In this document: positions 21,490 to 26,914 of the stretch, piece after piece
How the letters are laid out: each line of letters starts with the position of its first letter
Position numbering within the stretch: position 1 is the first letter of the stretch
From: Lama guanicoe
Lineage: Eukaryota
Length of the DNA: 26,914 nt
Assembly: GCA_013239625.1 (NCBI GenBank)
Contig: MU053934.1
Coordinates: 11,759,003-11,785,916 of the forward strand
Direction: 5' to 3'
Translations under genes and position numbers: made by a program
Notes under the pieces: model-generated
What the model was told of the DNA's origin: nothing
The model's database searches: none
What the model saw: only the letters and a program-made list of their open reading frames with translations

Positions 21490-22085
21490 TATTCGAGGGC
21501 TGACTCCCCATCGCAGGGCCTCGGGCGCCCTCGTCTTCCCGTCGTGAGCAGCGTGCTGGTGCACGACTCTTGCCTGTTGGAAGTCTCTGATGTCATTGAC
21601 CTGGGCGCCTCCAGGAAGCTGCCGGGAAGTCACCCTGCCAGCCTGGGTCAAGGCGCCTCCACCCGCTGAGCGCGGGCTGGCTGTCACCGCCGGAGACGGC
21701 ACCTGTTCGGCCGGGGACAGCGTGGCACCTCCGGTGGTCGCAGGAGCGCGATCCTCCTGTTGTCTGTGGTCTAGGAGGTCTCTGGTCCAACCCTTGCCTG
21801 TTTGGATGGTCCTTTCTAGGTTGCCATGCTATGCTCCTGGCCCATTTTTAAGTATTTCCGTCGCTTTCCTACTGACTTGCAGGGACACTGTCTCTGCAGA
21901 GAACACCTGCTCTTCGTCCTGTGCACCCAAGTGTTTCCCTCCTTGCTGGCATTTCGACTTTATGTTGGCAAACAGAAGGCATAAATACTTATTTGTTCAA
22001 GCGTCAGATACTTACCCCTGGCTCGCAGTGCTCTGGAATGCCTGTCCAAACCTGATGTTGTATCTGAATTTTAAACTTCATGCAA
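21490..22085 (-). mobile_element. Old LINE-1 (L1ME-type) ORF2 C-terminal/3' fragment, antisense
   Basis: 'gtggcacctccggtggt...ctcctggcccatttttaag...ctactgacttgcaggg...ggcaaacagaag' follows the antisense L1 consensus (gtggtatctcattgtggt...cctttgcccatttttaa...gaacagaag). May start near 21290. Confidence 0.65.
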
Positions 22086-22338
22086 GAAAATTTTTTCTCA
22101 TTTTCTTTCATTATGAGAATTCCATAAATACCATTTGCACCTATTAGACGCAGAAAATAACATTACAACTTCATTAGGAGCCAACCAGCGTTAAGTGTCC
22201 TAAGCGCTTCATCAGCACGTGGGGGATACACCCTACACTTCAAAATGACGTGCGAGGGGCTCCTGAGCTGCAGTCCCCTGTCAGCGTTGGAGTCTCTGCT
22301 CCTCGAGCCACCAGGGACCTAGTGCGTAGCCTCCTCTT

Positions 22339-22975
22339 TTTTTTTTTTTAATTGAAATATAGTTTATTTACAGCGTTAGTTTCAAGGGTAGAGCAAAGTG
22401 ATTCAATTATGCATGTACCTACATACAGATTTTTCTTTTCAGCTTCTTTTCCGTTATAGGTTGTTACAAGAAACTGAATGCAGTGCCCTGCGCTCTACAG
22501 TAGCTCTTTGCTGTTTATCTATTTTGTTTATATATAGGAATGTGTATATGTTAGTCCCAAACCCCTAACTTATTGCTCCCTACTCTTTCCCCTTTGGTAA
22601 CTTACCAAGTTTGTTCTCTATGTCCATGAGTCTGGTTTTGGTTTGTAAATAGAATTTGTATCCTTTTTTTGAGATTCCACATATAAGTGATATCGTGTGT
22701 TATTTTCCTTTCTCTTTCTGGCCTACTTCACTTAGAATGACGATCTCCAGGTCCATCCACGTTGCTGCAAGTGGCATTACTTTATTCTTTTTTATGGCAG
22801 AGTAGTATTCCATTGTGTAAATGACCACAGCTTCTTTACCCAGTCCCCTGTCATGGACATTCAGGCTGTTTCCCTGTCATGGCTGCTGTAAACAGTTCTG
22901 CTGTGAACACTGGGGTGTAGGTGTCTTTTTGAATTGCAGTTCCCTGCGGATGTACACCCAGGAGTGGGACTGCTG
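22339..22975 (-). mobile_element. Artiodactyl-type LINE-1 3' end, 5'-truncated, with poly(A) tail and TSD
   Basis: Poly-T, then 'aattgaaatatag...gcaaagtgattca...gattccacatataagtgatatc...ctccaggtccatccacgttgctgcaa...cccaggagtgggactgctg'. Flanked by TCCTCTT at 22332-22338 and 22976-22982. Confidence 0.92.
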
Positions 22976-23404
22976 TCCTCTTCTTGTTTTTCTGCACCAT
23001 CTGGCCCACCCTAGAGATGCAGGCAGTCAGAACGATGCTTCTGGATAATCATCCCCCAGCAGATGGGGCAGGGATGCTGTCGGTACCGCGTCAGGCTCTC
23101 GATGCGGGAACTCTCACCCGGAAGAGCCCAGCGGGCAGGTCGCGGGCACGTCCCTCCTTCCCCTGCTGTGTGGCCGCCTCGAGGGGCTGAGCGGCCACGT
23201 AGGCTCTTCTTTTCCTTCCTGCACCTCCAGCTGTTGCAGACTCTGATCTGCCAGGGGGACCCACGGCCTGGACGGTGCTGCTGGGGGGCTGGGGTGACAT
23301 CCCGGCACTGCTGCCAGGAGGAGCTCCGGGCTCAGCTCTCCCGGGCCTGAGGACGAGGTGCCACCTGAGCTTCCCAGCCCCTTGTCCCCTCAGCGTCCTC
23401 TCCC

Positions 23405-23695
23405 CGGCGAAATCAATTATCTCATCGCTACAGTCAGTTAAAAGTGAAATTAAATGGATTCTGAGCATTAATAACAGGCTGTAACAATGACGCAGGCGCC
23501 TGATGGAAACACGTTTCTTTTTTTGGTCGGGGGTGAGTCAGGTGGGAGAACACAAGGGGGAGTTTCAGCCGCCGAATTAAAATGAGTATTGATTGCACAG
23601 CTGATAATTAATGATGGCAATTTTTGATTAAAAATGAGTTCATTTGGCAAACAAGTGGAGTGTGGCAATATATTACATCTAAAAATAGACCTAGA
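23405..23695. promoter_or_regulatory. AT-rich candidate conserved enhancer
   Basis: AACAATG (SOX-type, 23483-23489), TGATAATTAATGA (23602-23614), near-repeat ATTAAAA(A)TGAGT at 23576 and 23627, GCAAACA (FOX-type) near 23647. Sharply bounded by GC-rich DNA. Confidence 0.5.
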
Positions 23696-24024
23696 AGAAA
23701 GGGCCTATCACCCGCGGGACCACAGTGAGCGCCCGACCCGCGTGCTGAGGCCCCTGCGTCTGAAACGAGCGTCTCTGTGCGGGAGCCCCCGGAGCTCCGG
23801 TGCCGGGGGGCGGGGGCGCACTGCCGCCGCCTGCTGAGAGCAGTGGCGGTGAAGCGCCGGCCACGAGCCGCCGGCCAGAGCGGGGGCCGCGGAGGAGAGC
23901 CACGAGGCGTGCGGTGTTTCTCTCTGGAAGCCCGGAGTCTCGGGTCCAGCAGGAACGGAACTCAGTAGAGTATTAATCTTGGAAGCACTGAAGCGACGGC
24001 GCCCCCAGCAACGGGCACCTCATC

Positions 24025-24052
24025 CACACACGTGTGCACATACACACACACG
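24025..24052. repeat. Alternating pyrimidine-purine (CA/TG) tract
   Basis: cacacacgtgtgcacatacacacacacg, 28 bp of strict alternation. Confidence 0.85.
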
Positions 24053-24519
24053 AGGAATAAAAGGCCGTGTTTGCACGGCTCAGCCCAGGTGGAAGTGAGC
24101 CGCCTTCTGGGTCAGAGCAGCTGAAGCGCTGGGTCAGACGTTCCCCCCGCACGTGCAGTTACGGCTGCACTGCTGATAAAGGCCTGCTGACCGGCAGGGT
24201 CCAGGAGCGGGGACGGGAGGGACCGTCAGGGTCGGCCAGCCCTGGGGCAGGGACGGCAGCGGGGCTGGAAGGCGAGTCAGCCCCCGGTGCCCAGTGGCCG
24301 CGCTGGGCTCTGTGCGGGGGGAGAGGCTGGGGCCTGTGCCCTGAAAGTGCAGGCGTTGAGCATGGAGACTTCCCTGAGCCCGGGACGTCCCGAACGGAAA
24401 CGAATAAACAAAAACACGTGGGCTAGAGAAAGCCCAGTGTCCACAGGAAAGAGGCGCTTTTGTCAGCCATGCTCTGAGCGAAACAGACGAAAATAAAACA
24501 AGTAAGACTCCACCACGGG

Positions 24520-24750
24520 ACTCAGAACAGCCGGCGGGAACCCGGGCGGCAGCGGCGGCGGCTGCGGCTGCGGGAGGTGAGGCCGCGCAGGGGGCTCACT
24601 GAGAGCAGCAAGTGTCCTCCCTGGTTAACGGTGGGGGAGCACCTCGTGCGTGGAGGGGGGGATATGGGGAAATTCTGTGTCTTCCCCACGATTTTGCTGT
24701 AACCTAAAACTTCTCTTAAAATTGTCTCAAAAATAAAAATAACTTTTTTA
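24520..24750 (+). mobile_element. L1MC-type 3' end
   Basis: 'gggggatatggggaaattctgtgtcttccccacgattttgctgtaacctaaaacttctcttaaaa' matches the recalled L1MC terminus (gggtatatgggaaatctctgtaccttccgctcaattttgctgtgaacctaaaactgctctaaaa). The 5' part is heavily GC-shifted. Confidence 0.8.
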
Positions 24751-25899
24751 AAGATCCCCCAACCGCTCACCCCGCACGCCCTCACCTCAACCCAGACGCG
24801 CACCGAAGCTGCTTTGTATTTGGAGTTCTCTGTCTTGTGCTGCCCACCCCCCACCCCCGAAGTGAAAAGAAAGAAGAGCCAAACACTTGGCTTCCAGGGG
24901 GCTGGGCGGGCGGCGCGCCGAGCAACTAGCAGGCGCGGGCGCCTGAAGTGTGAGTCACGGGAAGCAGAGAAACACAGAATCAGGCCAGCGAAGCCTGAGG
25001 GTACCAGAAGCACCCAGTTCAGGGTTAAATGTGTGGGGTTAATGAGCTCAGAGGAGAGGGGGTGGGAGGCGTGAAGGGGGACAAGGGAGGTCGGAACTGA
25101 AAATGTGTCTTTATACGAGAAGGAAACGGAACTTCTAGGACTTTGGAACACGATTTTGGAAATTTAAAACTGACTGCCAATGCCACACTGCTAGGTGCAA
25201 AGCGGTGTCACTCAGGAGTTTCCCACAGAGACGGAAGATGCAGGAGGGAGGAAGAAACATGAAGGATGGATTAAGGAGGCTGATGCGTCTGCAGGAGTCA
25301 CAGAGGAAACTCGGGAAGAATGCCGGGGAGCAAGGGTTTAAGTAGACAAGGTGAAAGGAACAGCACGAAAGCGGAAACGCAGGGCATCAGTGCCTCATCC
25401 AAGGCGCGCGTGGTCCCGGGCAGGACCAGCTCGGGGCGTCCGCACCTCAGCGCTTCCCGCTGAAAACACGAAGCGCCAGGGCAACGCGATGAGAAAACGG
25501 CCGCGGAGAAGGACGGCTCCCGGGCCGGGGGAGGGACTCCAGGCAGACCCCCCAGCAGCCCTGGAGCCCGGAAGACAGCGGAGCGAGGTCCCCAAAGAGC
25601 TGGAGGAAAGTGCGGTGAAACAGGGTGGCCGTCCCACGGCAGCGCTTCTGCTCGGGTCGGAGGGACGGGAGTGTTTTCGGGTGAACAGAGCCGAGAGCTT
25701 GCGAGCGCTGACTGCACCACCGAGGAAGTTCAAAGCCACGCACTTCAGGAAAGAAGAAGACGATTTAGGAAGGGAAGCGGGCCACGTGGCCTGCCGGCTG
25801 CCACTCGTCTTCTTCTGCTCTCTGTTCCCTCTTCAGCTCGCAGCACAGGCTGAGGTCAGTTAGCAGGAACGAGTCAGGCGGTGGCAGCGCCACCCCTGT

Positions 25900-26180
25900 G
25901 TTCACCGACCCTCTGCCTGTCCGCAGATGTTCCACGGCTCAACCCCTCACTGCATTCTAGGGCCTTTGCAAATGTCACCTTGGCAGAGACGCCTCCAGCC
26001 AACCCACCATCACCGGCCAGTCCCTCCGCAATTTTGTCGTCCGCGGAGGTCGCACGCTGCACCTCCAGTGTCTGCCTCTGGCCGGGGTGTAGAAGCCCCC
26101 CCACCTCAGGTGCCGTGCTTGGCCCACAGCTGTCTCCTCACCACTTAGACCAGAGCCTGGCACCTTCAGGAGCTTGACGA
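25900..26180 (+). mobile_element. L2 LINE 3' end
   Basis: 'caaatgtcaccttggcagagacgcctcc...gtgtctgcctct...cacagctgtctcctcaccacttagaccagagcctggcac' matches the L2 3' consensus (caaatgtcacctcctcagagaggcct...cctagaacagtgcctggcac). Confidence 0.7.
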
Positions 26181-26664
26181 ACCCCCACCGGGTGAGCGAA
26201 CTACCTCACAACATCTTCACAAGCGCCTCGGAGTAGGGACTGTTGGCACACCAACCGTGAAGGCGAGAACCCCAAAGCCCGACAGACCTGGTCACTTGCT
26301 CAGAACTAGGACCTCTGATTGGATCCCAGCCACGTGACTCCAGAATGTGACAGTGTAGGCACGTGGAGACCTGGCCCGTAAGACCACTGGGGCAGAAGCA
26401 GCAGGGCCTCCCCAAGGCAGGACCAGAGCGGTCCTCCGCCCCCTGCCTTGCCCGAAACACCTCTCATCTCCACGCCCCCCCCCAGGCCCTGCCTTCACTG
26501 TTCTCAGGTTGGTGCCCAGCCCTTCCTTTGTTCAGGCTGCCTCTCCGACCAGAACCCTCCCACTAGGAGTGTGCTCCATCCAACACAGCCTCCCCTGAGC
26601 CCCCAGAACCGCCTCAGGTCCAGGTAGCAGCCAGCACGACGGCCTGCTTCCCTGCGGGCGGGTC

Positions 26665-26822
26665 AGGCTCTGCTGTAAGTGCGTGGCATCCCTCGTCTAA
26701 GTTAATTCCCCCAACTGCTTCGTGAGAAGTCAGAAGCACAGAGAATGAAACGCTTGTGCATGGACACACAGCCGGGGCCTGAACTGAGACCCAGACATCC
26801 CTACCCAGAACCTATGCCTTCA
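26665..26822 (-). mobile_element. MIR SINE
   Basis: 'ctgtaagtgc...ttaattcccccaac...gaagcacagaga...cttgtgcatggacacacagc...gacccagac...ccagaacctatgc' follows the antisense MIR consensus. Confidence 0.65.
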
Positions 26823-26839
26823 GAGCTGATGACCGAGAC

Positions 26840-26914
26840 GGGTGGATGGGTCAACAGATGGCAGGACGGAAGGAGGGAGGGATGAAGGGGTGGATGGAGG
26901 GATGGATGGAGGGA
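26840..26914 (+). repeat. Degenerate (GGAT/GGAG)n simple repeat running off the window end
   Basis: ggtggatggg...ggagggagggatgaaggggtggatggagggatggatggaggga. Confidence 0.8.

Noticed and set aside
16390..22085. Idea that the antisense L1 pieces at 16.4-16.85 kb and 21.5-22.1 kb are one element split by the + strand L1
   Set aside because: Both appear to contain the same consensus segment (the ...ggttgtttcc...gctgctatgaacattcttg... region), so they are more likely independent copies.
1..26914. CRISPR array, prokaryotic operon or defence system, or intact provirus
   Set aside because: No repeat-spacer periodicity and no gene-dense ORFs; only solo LTRs without gag/pol/env. The repeat content is mammalian.

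Overview
Mammalian genomic DNA, GC- and CpG-rich and mostly non-coding. It is probably camelid, inferred from a tRNA-derived SINE at 17304-17447 and artiodactyl-type L1 3' ends. No intact protein-coding ORF is supported: the long ORFs are GC-rich noise or decayed LINE-1 ORF2. Much of the window is transposon fossil (old L1s, MaLR LTRs, MER58A, two ERV1-like solo LTRs, L2, MIR). At 17-21 kb an L1 carries a SINE, a MER58A and an LTR that itself contains a second LTR. Several AT-rich islands dense in homeodomain sites (~0.3-0.7, 1.7-1.9, 11.4-12.1, 23.4-23.7 kb) look like developmental enhancers, and there is a CpG-island-like block at ~4.9-5.8 kb. The best gene-like signal is a candidate + strand terminal exon (3' splice site at 13545/13546, poly(A) signals at 14669/14690) whose first codons can read C-C-V-L-S-stop, a CaaX box; the host gene is not recognised. 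Fossil repeats show strong, patchy AT-to-GC drift. Repeat subfamily names come from recalled consensus sequences and need Dfam/RepeatMasker confirmation. I found no evidence for a wholly new biological system.
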